Shown in pieces: positions 50,183-60,337 of a DNA stretch of 64,000 bases (the stretch's first letter is position 1; the number at the start of each line of letters is the position of its first letter). This DNA is from a virus (lineage: Duplodnaviria; Caudoviricetes): the IMG/VR virus record IMGVR_UViG_3300028797_000156, positions 1 through 64,000 of that record; one strand, written 5' to 3'. The translations under genes were made by a program, and so were the position numbers. Under the pieces are notes generated by a model. That model did not search any database. It was not told where the DNA came from and worked only from the letters and a program-made list of their open reading frames with translations.

Positions 50183-50203
50183 CCTATTTCCTCCTCATCA
50201 TAA

Positions 50204-50839
50204 TTAGTTATCAATCATCGTCTTATCAAACTTGAAGTTACTCATTAACTCTTTTCTGCCAATCTTATTATATTTTCCTTCACCAGTTAATATACCAAGA
50301 CGAATCTCAGTATTCGGGTCATCCATATTAACCTGAATCAATCTTCTGGTACTTGGTTCCATGATGATCTTTCTTGATACATCATCTTCTGATGCTCCAA
50401 GACCTTTGTATCGTTCATCTATCTTTGGATAACATTTCTGGATATATTCAAAGAACTTTGACAATGTAGTTGTACAAGATGCTTTTGAACCTTTTTCATT
50501 ATATTTGATAAGCAAACCATATTTGTCAATGATGTCTATAATTGGCTTTAAGTCAGCGTATAAACGATGATCTATTACGATAAGTTGGTCATGTAAATCG
50601 ATTACTGCATGAACCGTGTGAGTGTCGTCATTAAATCCAATTTCATTATAGATTTTACATAAGCTGCGGATCCATTTATCAACATTCTTAATGAATCCTT
50701 CGACACCTTTATACCTGGATAATCCGTCAGCTATATATTCTAAAAGATACATATCAACTGATCTATTCAGAGCACACTCAGTCAAGATTTCATAGTAATC
50801 AAAAGCTTCTTCCACAAATTGTTTTATATTTCCCTTCAT
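50204..50839 (-). CDS. gyrB: Type II topoisomerase subunit B, C-terminal fragment
   Basis: IDERYKGLGA...RRLIQVN...GRKELM; has its own RBS. Confidence 0.75.
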   Translation of the reverse strand: MKGNIKQFVEEAFDYYEILTECALNRSVDMYLLEYIADGLSRYKGVEGFIKNVDKWIRSLCKIYNEIGFNDDTHTVHAVIDLHDQLIVIDHRLYADLKPIIDIIDKYGLLIKYNEKGSKASCTTTLSKFFEYIQKCYPKIDERYKGLGASEDDVSRKIIMEPSTRRLIQVNMDDPNTEIRLGILTGEGKYNKIGRKELMSNFKFDKTMIDN

Positions 50840-50853
50840 AAATTATACCAACC

Positions 50854-51210
50854 TTACTTCTTTTTATCTTTTCCACGCAATTCATGTAATTGCATACACA
50901 TTACCTCAAATGTCGATTCATCGGGAGCTTCAAATATCCTAAAGTTTTCAGATATACTATATTCTTTAGGTTTGTTTCTGACATGTTTCACCCCATTATA
51001 TTTCAGCTTATAATCTCGCCATGTACCGCATTTCCAATCATCTTTTTCCTTAATGAATTCAATTACTTCTGTAACTTTCGATACCATTTTTGATGATGAT
51101 TTTATTTCCCGCCGATACACAACATGATCCGCTGGTGGTGATTCATCTCTCTTAAACCCCAGGTCCTCAAACTTGTCTTCTGCACACTTCTTTCTCATAA
51201 ATTTTAACAT
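50854..51210 (-). CDS. Hypothetical protein between the gyrB halves
   Basis: GGGAGG RBS; ORF track. Confidence 0.65.
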   Translation of the reverse strand: MLKFMRKKCAEDKFEDLGFKRDESPPADHVVYRREIKSSSKMVSKVTEVIEFIKEKDDWKCGTWRDYKLKYNGVKHVRNKPKEYSISENFRIFEAPDESTFEVMCMQLHELRGKDKKK

Positions 51211-51268
51211 AACTATTCCTCCCTAAACGAGCGAATGGGTATATAGAGATAGTTGTTTTTATCATGAA

Positions 51269-51279
51269 AATAATATGTG
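51269..51279 (-). promoter_or_regulatory. Putative early promoter (variant CATATTATT)
   Basis: One mismatch to the core motif; directly downstream of a terminator. Confidence 0.45.
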
Positions 51280-51304
51280 TTTGGGGTGGATATACCACCC
51301 CAAA
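51280..51304 (-). terminator. Terminator after the gyrB N-terminal part
   Basis: TTTGGGGTGG-atata-CCACCCCAAA. Confidence 0.7.
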
Positions 51305-51321
51305 TTCCATATCATTTTTAA

Positions 51322-53094
51322 TTATCCCGCCATCGGGAATTCAATCTCTATATTACTTACTGATTTAATACATTCATCAATGTATTCCTTCTGACTAGCA
51401 ACATAAATATACTTCTTGTCTTTAGTCAGCTGGTAGAGCGGAGGTTCTGCAACATACAATTTTCCTGCTCTGACTATTTCAGGTAAGAACTTAAAGAAGA
51501 ATATTAAGAACAGAGTTCTGATGTGATATCCGTCAATATCAGCGTCTGTTGCTATTATAATTTTGTCATAATTCAATTTATTGATGTTGAAGTGTTCACC
51601 AACACCACATCCAAGAATCTTGACAAGATTCAACCATGGTAATGACTTTAAAGCAGTTGCCAAATCTAAGTCCCAAACATTTGGAGATTTGCCTCTGAAT
51701 GCTAAGATAGCCTGATATGTAGCATCACGAGCTGCACGTAAGCCACCGCCAGCAGACAAACCTTCAACAAGGAATAATTCTTTGCCTTCTGTAGTATTCG
51801 CCGATGAACATGGGAAGAATGAGTCTGGTTTTGACCAAGATTTCTTTTCCTTTGTGAGTTTACTGATATCTCGAGCCTTTTCACCTTCACGACGAACACG
51901 GTTATTCGCAATACAGATATCTACAAACTCACTTAATACATGAGATGAAGTTGTCTTTAATGCTTTATAAATTGCATTATCAACAGCATCTGTTGCAAGC
52001 TTCTTCATCTTCTCATATGATTCATCTGTGATTGCAGATTTCAATGCTTTATTGAATACTGTATGCTTAGCCTGTGATGAGAACATGTGAGCCATATTAC
52101 TTGTAGCTCTAACTACAACATGAAGATTCGTTAAGATATCTCTCTTTAAATCTTCAGAAGCCAACTTCTTATTTTTCTTGATAGCTTGTTCTATTATATA
52201 TCGAGAGAAGCCATTCAGTAAACCATCAACATGTGAACCATTTTGAGGTGTATAAATCATGTTCATCCATGATTTAGTAATGGCTTCACCTTTGTACTGT
52301 GGATCAGAATATACCAGACAAGCTTCAATATCGAAACGTCTCTTATATTTCTTATCCATAATAGTTTCATCCAAATCACCATGAGCCAAAACTGTTAATA
52401 CAGTTGACATTCTCTGTTCACCCTTGATGAATTCATCGAAGTAACAGTTTAATGGGATATGAACGATCTTATGATCTTTCTTATCATAGTTATATGTCAT
52501 ATGAATTGACTGTGGAAGAGTATATCTGAAATCCTGCAACCAGTTGATGAGATCATCGACCGGAATTTCATCAACACCCATGATCTTTTTACTTGGCCAA
52601 AACTTGGTAATCATACCATGTTCTGTACCAGTATACTTTTCGATCTTTTCTGTCTTAAGTTCACCATTCTCATATACCAGATAACATTTCTTCTGTTCCT
52701 GTGGTCTTAATGAAGTTACTTCCAATCTCCTAGCCATCGCAGTATAGGTTGAAGTACCAGTACCATTTTCACCCGCAGTTTCACCACCAGCTCGAGTCAT
52801 GTTAGATCCAGCTTGTAATGTCTCATGAACTTCACGAACTAAGTTTGTCGGAATTCCTCTACCATTATCTCGTGAGCAAATATACTTGTCTGTGATTTCA
52901 ATATAAATAGTATCTCCCGGTGATTCCTTTTTGTAACACTCATCTCGGTTGTTATCTATGATCTCCTTACATAGATGAAGTACACCAGCTGATCCTAAAG
53001 ATGAGATGTACATGGTTGGACGAGCCATTATCTTTTTCAAGTCATTTTTGATAATGGTCATTTCATCGTCTTTTCCCAATTTGACATTTGCCAT
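51322..53094 (-). CDS. gyrB: Type II topoisomerase subunit B, N-terminal part (GHKL ATPase, transducer, most of TOPRIM)
   Basis: EIIDN, DNGRGIP, GENGTG, LFLVEGLSAGG, FRGK, IIATDADIDGYHI, AEPPLY; ends about 35 aa after PPLY. Confidence 0.9.
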   Translation of the reverse strand: MANVKLGKDDEMTIIKNDLKKIMARPTMYISSLGSAGVLHLCKEIIDNNRDECYKKESPGDTIYIEITDKYICSRDNGRGIPTNLVREVHETLQAGSNMTRAGGETAGENGTGTSTYTAMARRLEVTSLRPQEQKKCYLVYENGELKTEKIEKYTGTEHGMITKFWPSKKIMGVDEIPVDDLINWLQDFRYTLPQSIHMTYNYDKKDHKIVHIPLNCYFDEFIKGEQRMSTVLTVLAHGDLDETIMDKKYKRRFDIEACLVYSDPQYKGEAITKSWMNMIYTPQNGSHVDGLLNGFSRYIIEQAIKKNKKLASEDLKRDILTNLHVVVRATSNMAHMFSSQAKHTVFNKALKSAITDESYEKMKKLATDAVDNAIYKALKTTSSHVLSEFVDICIANNRVRREGEKARDISKLTKEKKSWSKPDSFFPCSSANTTEGKELFLVEGLSAGGGLRAARDATYQAILAFRGKSPNVWDLDLATALKSLPWLNLVKILGCGVGEHFNINKLNYDKIIIATDADIDGYHIRTLFLIFFFKFLPEIVRAGKLYVAEPPLYQLTKDKKYIYVASQKEYIDECIKSVSNIEIEFPMAG

Positions 53095-53145
53095 AAACTA
53101 TTTTCCTCCTTATAGTTTTTTGAATAGTTTCTCTCCATTCAAAAA

Positions 53146-53165
53146 AATAATATATGTATACAAAA
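53146..53165 (-). promoter_or_regulatory. Putative early promoter
   Basis: TTTTGTATACATATATTATT upstream of gyrB. Confidence 0.65.
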
Positions 53166-53316
53166 CTACTTATTTGTAATCCAAATTGAGTGTCTCATTG
53201 GATTAAAGTTCTCAAACATTATTCTTTTTTCTAATTTGCGCTTTGTGCATTTTAAACGATGGACACAACACCACAAGCTATAGTGGTGTTGTACGAGTAT
53301 TATCTTTTCTTCTATC

Positions 53317-53336
53317 CCGGCCCTTTATTGGGCCGG
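53317..53336 (+). terminator. GC-rich hairpin, probable terminator
   Basis: CCGGCCC-tttatt-GGGCCGG followed by AAATTCTTTTTT. Confidence 0.55.
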
Positions 53337-53350
53337 AAATTCTTTTTTAA

Positions 53351-53362
53351 AACGTTTTAATA
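53351..53362 (+). promoter_or_regulatory. Putative late promoter AACG-N6-TA
   Basis: AACGTTTTAATA upstream of the RBS of 53387. Confidence 0.45.
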
Positions 53363-53386
53363 ATTTTATAAGAAAGGAATGATCTT

Positions 53387-54922
53387 ATGGAGATTCTAGA
53401 ATTATATGACATAGATCAAGATATAAAGATCAATGACATGAAAGAGGTTACATCTGGTCAGATCTATAAGTCACAAAACTTGAATGCATTCAATCCACAA
53501 GGTTTATTTTCTGAAGAGATTTTCGGACAAACTACTGAAGATAGAAAGTATACATGTGCATATATAAAGTTGCCAATACATGTATTCAATCCACATGTTG
53601 CGAAAAATATCATCACTAGATCTGGAGGTATCATCAGAAAACTTGCATATGGTGAAGTCCGATGCAATCTTACATCCGAAGGTGTACTCGTGGCTGATGC
53701 AGCTGGTAAGTATTGTGGTTTAAAAGACCTCTATAATATCTGGGAAAAGATTGATATTAAGAAGAATATCAATTCTCGTTCAGATTATGTTCTTGATATC
53801 TTGACAAAGTGTCCAAAAAGACTACTTTTCAATGACAAGATCTATGTTTTACCACCTGAACTTCGTAAAGTAGGTACTCGTAATGGTAAACAGGTAAAAA
53901 GCGAGTTAAATTCCATGTACATTCACATCATAAACATGAAATCTGTACTTGCTCATACCACAGCAACCGACGTTTATCAGCTTTACAATAAATTCCAAGA
54001 TGCTGTAATCAATCTTTGGACATTTATAAACAATTATACTGGCGGTAAAAACGGATTTTTCCAAAGACAGTTGCTTGCTAAGAACACAACGTTCCCTGCA
54101 CGTAACGTTATCTCGGCCCCACGCTATGATGATGACTGTGAAATCGGTATTTTTAAGACCGGTTATCCTCTTCATACGTGTTGCACACTGTTTAACCCTC
54201 TTATCAAGTTCGAAATGAGACAATTTTTCTCATATTCTAACATTCAGGACATCCATCCACGTAAATATGAGGTTGTTGAACAGAATTTGAAGAACATTTA
54301 TGACGAAAAGATGATAGATGACCTCTTAAGAATCTATATGTACAACCCAGGATCACGTTTCCGTCGAATTTACCTCGATCCAGAGAACAAAATTCCATTA
54401 CAAATGGAATATTTGGATTTAAAGACCAATCAAATGGTTACTCGAGACTTCACACTCACTGATTTGTGCTATTTATGCTGCAAAACGGCGATTGTTGATG
54501 CTGATAGAACGGTTTATACCGTTCGATACCCAATCGGCGACTATTTGGGTGCTTTCTTTACTAAAGTGCACATACTTTCGACGGTAAAAACGACAAAAAT
54601 CCAATTCCGTGGAGAGAATTTCAATTATTATCCAATTATTAATTTCGATTTAGACCACAATCAAGTATCTCGTTTCTTTGCAGATACATTGACACCTTCA
54701 AACTCACGTCTTAAAGCAATTGGTGGTGACTATGATGGTGATACGGTTAAATCAGTTGGTATTTGGTCAGATGAAGCGAATGAACAAGCAACAAAACTCA
54801 TGTACTCTAAGATCTATAATATTAAACCAGAAGCTACTACACCATTTATTATTGAAATCGAATGTTTGGGAGGCTTATTCGGCTTAAGCAAGGGAGCTTT
54901 AGAGGACGACAAGGCTTCATAG
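53387..54922 (+). CDS. Multisubunit RNA polymerase beta-prime N-terminal (catalytic) subunit, probably virion RNAP
   Basis: QGLFSEEIFG, YIKLPIHVFNP, VLPPELR, ARNVISA and the catalytic GGDYDGD (DxDGD). Confidence 0.9.
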   Translation: MEILELYDIDQDIKINDMKEVTSGQIYKSQNLNAFNPQGLFSEEIFGQTTEDRKYTCAYIKLPIHVFNPHVAKNIITRSGGIIRKLAYGEVRCNLTSEGVLVADAAGKYCGLKDLYNIWEKIDIKKNINSRSDYVLDILTKCPKRLLFNDKIYVLPPELRKVGTRNGKQVKSELNSMYIHIINMKSVLAHTTATDVYQLYNKFQDAVINLWTFINNYTGGKNGFFQRQLLAKNTTFPARNVISAPRYDDDCEIGIFKTGYPLHTCCTLFNPLIKFEMRQFFSYSNIQDIHPRKYEVVEQNLKNIYDEKMIDDLLRIYMYNPGSRFRRIYLDPENKIPLQMEYLDLKTNQMVTRDFTLTDLCYLCCKTAIVDADRTVYTVRYPIGDYLGAFFTKVHILSTVKTTKIQFRGENFNYYPIINFDLDHNQVSRFFADTLTPSNSRLKAIGGDYDGDTVKSVGIWSDEANEQATKLMYSKIYNIKPEATTPFIIEIECLGGLFGLSKGALEDDKAS

Positions 54923-54956
54923 TCAATTTATAATGAATATTGGGGAGGAATTTACA

Positions 54957-55226
54957 ATGGCTAAGTTTGTTTTAGATGATGATACTATTGAATCATGGGA
55001 TAATATCAAGGGAGAGAAAAAACATCAAATTAGTCCGTCATTGATGATCGAAATGCGTCTTATAGACGCTATAATGAAAATATCGAATAATCTTTCGAAT
55101 CGTGAACTGAATACTGACGATCATTGTATTATGCAATTAATCACAGGGGAAATAATTCCAAAATGTGAATATGACGGAGATTGTCATAAATGTGTTTGTC
55201 GTTGGTACATGAATAAGGAAGATTAA
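54957..55226 (+). CDS. Hypothetical protein
   Basis: Start moved to 54957 behind GGAGG; C-terminal Cys cluster. Confidence 0.55.
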   Translation: MAKFVLDDDTIESWDNIKGEKKHQISPSLMIEMRLIDAIMKISNNLSNRELNTDDHCIMQLITGEIIPKCEYDGDCHKCVCRWYMNKED

Positions 55227-55241
55227 ACGCAGATAGGAGAA

Positions 55242-56276
55242 ATGCTTATGAGTATACTAGACTCACTTATTCAGACAGGAGCTACGATTCCACAAGCTTC
55301 TGATCACATTGGTGAGGGAGCTGCCACACCATTCCATCCACTCGGCATACCAGATTCAGAGTGTCATTGGGATTGGGAGAAGCATTATAATGCAGCTCGT
55401 CAAAACCAAGTGTTTATGAATTCTAATGTAGGTGGATACATTTCACCTTATGAAGGACATTGGAATTCATCTTCAATGTTCATGCAGAATGTTGAAGAAA
55501 TTGTTGCATTCCAGCCAGTCAACAAGATCGATCCGAATAAGATATACAATTCTGACATTCAGGCTTTACGTGCTCTTCAGCAGGATCAGCTCAAGATCGT
55601 TAAGCTGTTTGAAACACGTTTAAGAGAATCTCTCAATGAAAGAGGAAAGATGGGCTTGACAGAAGAAGATATCACAGCTATGCAGGCTGTAACAGCAGCT
55701 CGAGTTGCAGTAGCTAATATTCAGAAGGAACAGATCAACATCAAGAAGAATATTTCAGATACTCGTATCAAGCAATATCAGCTTGAACAGACTGACATCA
55801 AGAACAAGACTGGTGTTGTTGGAGCTAATGGAGCACCAACAATGGGATCAGCATATGATATCGGTAAATCGATTATTGATAACATCTTTGAATCAGCAAC
55901 TCTTGCACCAGCAGCAGTTCAACCAGCTTATTCAAATCCTACTGAATCAGCTGCAATGGATGCTGAACAAGCAGGAAACTTCCTTGATTCTATGATGGAA
56001 ATTGGGGATGCTAATAATCCAACGAGATTTGAAACAATGAAGCCGACGACATATGTTAAGGTAGGAGCTACAGATTCTGAAATCTCTTATGAGACATATG
56101 CATCTGATGGAACATTGATCCCTGATTATCCGAACCCAACTGCACGAATCACACAGATCGACAGAGAAGCTGGTATAGCTACAGATGAATTCTTAGTAAC
56201 ATATCAGCTGAAAACGGAGGGACAGGAAAATGATGATCAAGTACCTCAAAGTGAAAGCTCCGAATTTGGACTCTGA
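55242..56276 (+). CDS. Hypothetical protein (344 aa)
   Basis: AGGAG RBS; central coiled coil. Confidence 0.7.
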   Translation: MLMSILDSLIQTGATIPQASDHIGEGAATPFHPLGIPDSECHWDWEKHYNAARQNQVFMNSNVGGYISPYEGHWNSSSMFMQNVEEIVAFQPVNKIDPNKIYNSDIQALRALQQDQLKIVKLFETRLRESLNERGKMGLTEEDITAMQAVTAARVAVANIQKEQINIKKNISDTRIKQYQLEQTDIKNKTGVVGANGAPTMGSAYDIGKSIIDNIFESATLAPAAVQPAYSNPTESAAMDAEQAGNFLDSMMEIGDANNPTRFETMKPTTYVKVGATDSEISYETYASDGTLIPDYPNPTARITQIDREAGIATDEFLVTYQLKTEGQENDDQVPQSESSEFGL

Positions 56277-56490
56277 TCAAGTAGTATTCCAGAGACCATT
56301 AACACCAATCAAATTATTGAGCTTTGATGAAAAGATCAATGATATTATAAGTATCTTAAAAGATCAAAATATTGAATTAGGTTTTGAATTATCAAAAGAA
56401 AATTTAATAAAGAATATGTTAGTAGCATATACTGAAGATTTTTTAAGATGCTTAACTGGAGATGTTTATATACCAATTGATATTGGATAA
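56230..56490 (+). CDS. Hypothetical protein
   Basis: ORF track; ends just before a terminator. Confidence 0.5.
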   Translation: MMIKYLKVKAPNLDSDQVVFQRPLTPIKLLSFDEKINDIISILKDQNIELGFELSKENLIKNMLVAYTEDFLRCLTGDVYIPIDIG

Positions 56491-56507
56491 ATGAATTTTA
56501 TGCGAAA

Positions 56508-56529
56508 AAGGGAGGCGAAAGCCTCCCTT
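56508..56529 (+). terminator. Intrinsic terminator
   Basis: AAGGGAGGC-GAAA-GCCTCCCTT. Confidence 0.75.
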
Positions 56530-56640
56530 ATTGCATAAATAAATACCAAATAATAAATTGTGGTAATCATAATCATAATAGCGATTCTTATGATGCGAAA
56601 ACGGCAATTACATTAAATTATAGAAAAGGAGAGTCTAGAT

Positions 56641-59600
56641 ATGATAAATCAAAAATATGCATTAAAATACTCATTTCCACACAGTGTAGTTCATATTATT
56701 GATAACTCAGCTAGAACTGTTGAAGCTAATGTAACAACAGCTAATGATCCGTCATTACTGTCTACATTGGTTGTAACAGGTGCACCGATGGGTGAAGATA
56801 ACAAGATTATCTCACTTACACGTTCGGATGTAGCTGGTACAGCATTTGGCCTCAACAATCTTACACCTGCTGATGTAAGAAAGTATGGCCAGGGTGTAAC
56901 ATATGCTATGGATCTTATCAATCAGGAAGTACCTGTACAATTCATGCGTATTACTCCACCAGATGCTACTTTTGCAGCTGTTTCACTCGTTGTTCAGTGG
57001 AGACAGGATCCTACTGATAACTCACTTCACGTAAGATTCAAGGTAAAAGATTGGGCTGAATCTATTCCAAGAGACAGCTTTAAGAATACAGCACGTCTTA
57101 ATGAAGCACTCATCAAGGGTTACTACAGTGAATCCTATCAGGATGCTGGTTCAAATGAAACCTGGACACAGAGAGCATTCATCAACTTTATCTCAGCTGG
57201 TCGAAGCGACATCTACAACAACATGGCTATGATGATCAACCCTGTTTCACAGGCTAAGAGACCATCAAATGTCAAGTATCAATTCATCACAGTTGACAAG
57301 AGAACATCAGGTATTATCGAAAGATTTACTGCTTCTCTCGTAAATACAAATGTTGGTGCTATCGATACAACAAATGCCGTTGATTCTGTAAATACACTCA
57401 TCTCAAACAGAGTACCTGGTTCATCAATCGTAATCCCATACGTAAACGAATCAGTTGTTGAAGAAGTTTACAAGATCTGGCATGACTGGTTCAAGGAAAA
57501 GATCGATAACGGCGAAGCTACAGATGAAGAGATTGCAATGTACAACTCAATGAATGTTAATATCTTCGATATGATCTTCGGTAAGTACATCTTCAATGGT
57601 TCATCTACAGATGTTACACTTCCATTCTATGTTGTAGATATGGAAACATCTGATCTTCCTAAGCTCACTGCTTCAAATATTCTCTATGACATCAAGTCAT
57701 CAGATTCATCAGTTACAGAACAGCCTGCAAAGGTTCAAGCAAGACTTATTTCAGAAACACTCGGTGTCGAGAACCCAAGCTCAGAAGTTTACGTTGGCGA
57801 TATCTTCGTAACACCATCAAGCTCAGGATCAATTCTCAGACCAAAGCTTTCAATCATCACAGCGGTTAACCAGTACACAGGTATGGTTACATCAATGGCT
57901 ATGCCTAACATCTACAAGCTCGTTAAGAAGAACAATGCTTGGGGTCTCCCAACAGAAGCTCTTACAGCTGCAGATGCATCAAGAGTTGTTAAGCTCATCA
58001 CATACAAGATGACTGGTGCTAAGGTAGGCCAAGAGCTCGCTGCATATACAGAAACAACACATGATCAGTTAACTTCTGATGATATCAGAAACGCTATCCT
58101 CGCTGGTAATGTTTCAAATATGGATATCATTGTTGCAGCTGACAGATCAGACCTTACAAAGTTCTATGTATATGCTGTTGTATTCCCAGTTGAAGGTGGC
58201 GTACTAACAACTAACCTTACAACGGCAGCTGATCACTATACTCTCGTTCGTTACTCTTTGGCTGACTACTATAAGATGTTCGATAGAGAGAAGCATGCTT
58301 CTAAGACAACTGGTACTGGTAATGCATTCGGTTTCGAGCCAGATCATTCAAATTGCTGGAACAGAGTTGGTTCAACAATTGTTGATTCAGCTGGTGCAGC
58401 TGCAGATACTCTTCCAACTGCATATGTTAACTCATATAACAGACTTCCAAGTGATAGTGATGATCCGATCTCTACAAACCGTATCAAAGTTCTCAGACTT
58501 ACAGGTATGCGCGTAGGTGCAGTTCCAACAGAAATTTCACACAAGAACATTTCTGGAACATACTACGATACAGTACTCTTCGAAGCTGGAAATATCGATA
58601 CATGGAAGGCTAACAGATTCGACATCAAGAACGGCGGTTCTGGCTATACAGCTGGTGAAAAACTTTATGCAATCATCGATAGCTCTGTTACAGATTACGA
58701 GCTCACAACTGAAGAACCTGCAAACTGGTCAACTGTATACAATACAAAGTACTATACACGCAACACAAGTGATCCAGAACATGAATGGGTTAAGGTTCCT
58801 ACATCTGATCCAGTTCCTGACTGGGCTCCTAACACTTACTACCTGGAGGTAGAAGCTGATAGAAAGACACCAGTTATCGTTACTGCAGTTGATGCTAATG
58901 GTGCAATCAGAGGTGTAAGAATTGATGGTGCTGATGCTTACGAAACAACTAAAATTGCAGTAGGCAGTGTTCCAGCTACTATCAACCTCCAGTACCCATC
59001 AGTTACAGCTCCAGGCGAAGGTACAGGTGCTACAGTAACTCTCGCTGAATTTGTAGTAGTTGAAGGTAAGCCTGCAAAGATCGACAGATATGTTGTATCT
59101 GGCTCATTCAACACACTTTACGCAGCTCTCAATACACATTCAAAGATCCCGAAGAACTATTATAGTTCAGATCAGGGTGACAACCCGGCATCTTCAAACG
59201 GCATGTCACTTTCTGGTGGTTCTGCTGGCTTCTTCGATACTCTCTCACCGGATTCTATCGAATATAAGTGGCAGTACTCTGCACTCCTCGTTCAGGCTCT
59301 CCGTGGCTCAGAGAACTTCGACAGAAGAATTCTCTCACCAACAAGAGTTCCAGCTAAGTTCATGTTCGACGGCGGCTACAACACTCTCGTAGGATCAGTA
59401 ATGACAGGTAACATTACTTCTTACCGTCCAGCGGATATCATCAATGCTTCAATCATCTTCACAGATGAAGAGAAGTCACAGGTTATCCTCTATCCAAATA
59501 CAATCGACAACATCGGTGTATCTGTTGATATCGACGTTAAGCAGGCAATGTACGATCTTATGATCCAGAGATGTTATGACGGCATTCCGGAAGACAAGAG

Positions 59601-60312
59601 ACCAATCGGTCCTGGTTCAGGATTCCAGGTTTACTTCGACTCTGGTGTTACAGATGCTGATACAACATCACTCGTTAGAGAGTCATTCCTTAAGAGATTC
59701 TCAAATCCAAATGCTATCTGGGATATCGGCGGCTTCGTAGAAAGAGCAACCGGCCTTTCATATACATTTGTAAAGCATATCGCTGAAGATATCTTCCGTC
59801 ATATCAACATCGCTGGCTTCAACAAGCCATATGCTGGTAAGACAACAGCTATTCCGAAGGAAAGATACTCTGAATTCTTCCCAGATCTCGATACAACAGA
59901 CTGGGCTAAGAGAGAGAACTACTATCTGTCCGGTGGTAACACATGGATCATGCAGAGAGACGGTTCACTCGAAAGAAGACAGCAGATCACTCTCTACAGA
60001 GACAGCGAAACTTCAGACCTCCTCCAGGAGAACAACATGAGAACACTCTCACGTCTTATCTATCTCCTCCAGGAAAAGATCGACAGCTATCTCCTCGAGT
60101 ACAACTCAGACTCAGTACTTAAGACCCTCTCAGATGAAGTTAACAACCTCTTCTCAAACTGGGTAGGTAACTATGTTGATGCTCTTGATATCTCATTCGA
60201 AAGAGATCAGAACATCGACGGTGCTGACATCCTCGTATGCTATTGCGAAGTAACATTCCGCGGTCTCATCCTCAGAGTTCCGATCATTGTTAACGTTAAT
60301 GCACGCGAGTAA
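56641..60312 (+). CDS. Tail sheath protein with large central insertion (1223 aa)
   Basis: Sheath-like C-terminus (FMFDGG...LIYLLQEKID...VTFRGLILRV); immediately followed by a tube-sized gene; highly-expressed codon style. Confidence 0.7.
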   Translation: MINQKYALKYSFPHSVVHIIDNSARTVEANVTTANDPSLLSTLVVTGAPMGEDNKIISLTRSDVAGTAFGLNNLTPADVRKYGQGVTYAMDLINQEVPVQFMRITPPDATFAAVSLVVQWRQDPTDNSLHVRFKVKDWAESIPRDSFKNTARLNEALIKGYYSESYQDAGSNETWTQRAFINFISAGRSDIYNNMAMMINPVSQAKRPSNVKYQFITVDKRTSGIIERFTASLVNTNVGAIDTTNAVDSVNTLISNRVPGSSIVIPYVNESVVEEVYKIWHDWFKEKIDNGEATDEEIAMYNSMNVNIFDMIFGKYIFNGSSTDVTLPFYVVDMETSDLPKLTASNILYDIKSSDSSVTEQPAKVQARLISETLGVENPSSEVYVGDIFVTPSSSGSILRPKLSIITAVNQYTGMVTSMAMPNIYKLVKKNNAWGLPTEALTAADASRVVKLITYKMTGAKVGQELAAYTETTHDQLTSDDIRNAILAGNVSNMDIIVAADRSDLTKFYVYAVVFPVEGGVLTTNLTTAADHYTLVRYSLADYYKMFDREKHASKTTGTGNAFGFEPDHSNCWNRVGSTIVDSAGAAADTLPTAYVNSYNRLPSDSDDPISTNRIKVLRLTGMRVGAVPTEISHKNISGTYYDTVLFEAGNIDTWKANRFDIKNGGSGYTAGEKLYAIIDSSVTDYELTTEEPANWSTVYNTKYYTRNTSDPEHEWVKVPTSDPVPDWAPNTYYLEVEADRKTPVIVTAVDANGAIRGVRIDGADAYETTKIAVGSVPATINLQYPSVTAPGEGTGATVTLAEFVVVEGKPAKIDRYVVSGSFNTLYAALNTHSKIPKNYYSSDQGDNPASSNGMSLSGGSAGFFDTLSPDSIEYKWQYSALLVQALRGSENFDRRILSPTRVPAKFMFDGGYNTLVGSVMTGNITSYRPADIINASIIFTDEEKSQVILYPNTIDNIGVSVDIDVKQAMYDLMIQRCYDGIPEDKRPIGPGSGFQVYFDSGVTDADTTSLVRESFLKRFSNPNAIWDIGGFVERATGLSYTFVKHIAEDIFRHINIAGFNKPYAGKTTAIPKERYSEFFPDLDTTDWAKRENYYLSGGNTWIMQRDGSLERRQQITLYRDSETSDLLQENNMRTLSRLIYLLQEKIDSYLLEYNSDSVLKTLSDEVNNLFSNWVGNYVDALDISFERDQNIDGADILVCYCEVTFRGLILRVPIIVNVNARE

Positions 60313-60337
60313 TTAACTAAGAAAGGAGAACGCAGTT

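Noticed and set aside
47103-50839. Chimallin (nuclear shell) gene beside the non-virion beta-prime subunit, as in phiKZ
   Set aside because: The neighbours are a gyrB fragment and a 348-aa protein, neither resembling a ~600-aa chimallin. Nucleus formation is not supported by this window.
50840-51321. Intron or intein joining the gyrB halves
   Set aside because: No group I/II core motifs; the gap holds a terminator, a promoter-like motif and a normal gene with an RBS, and the C-part has its own start.
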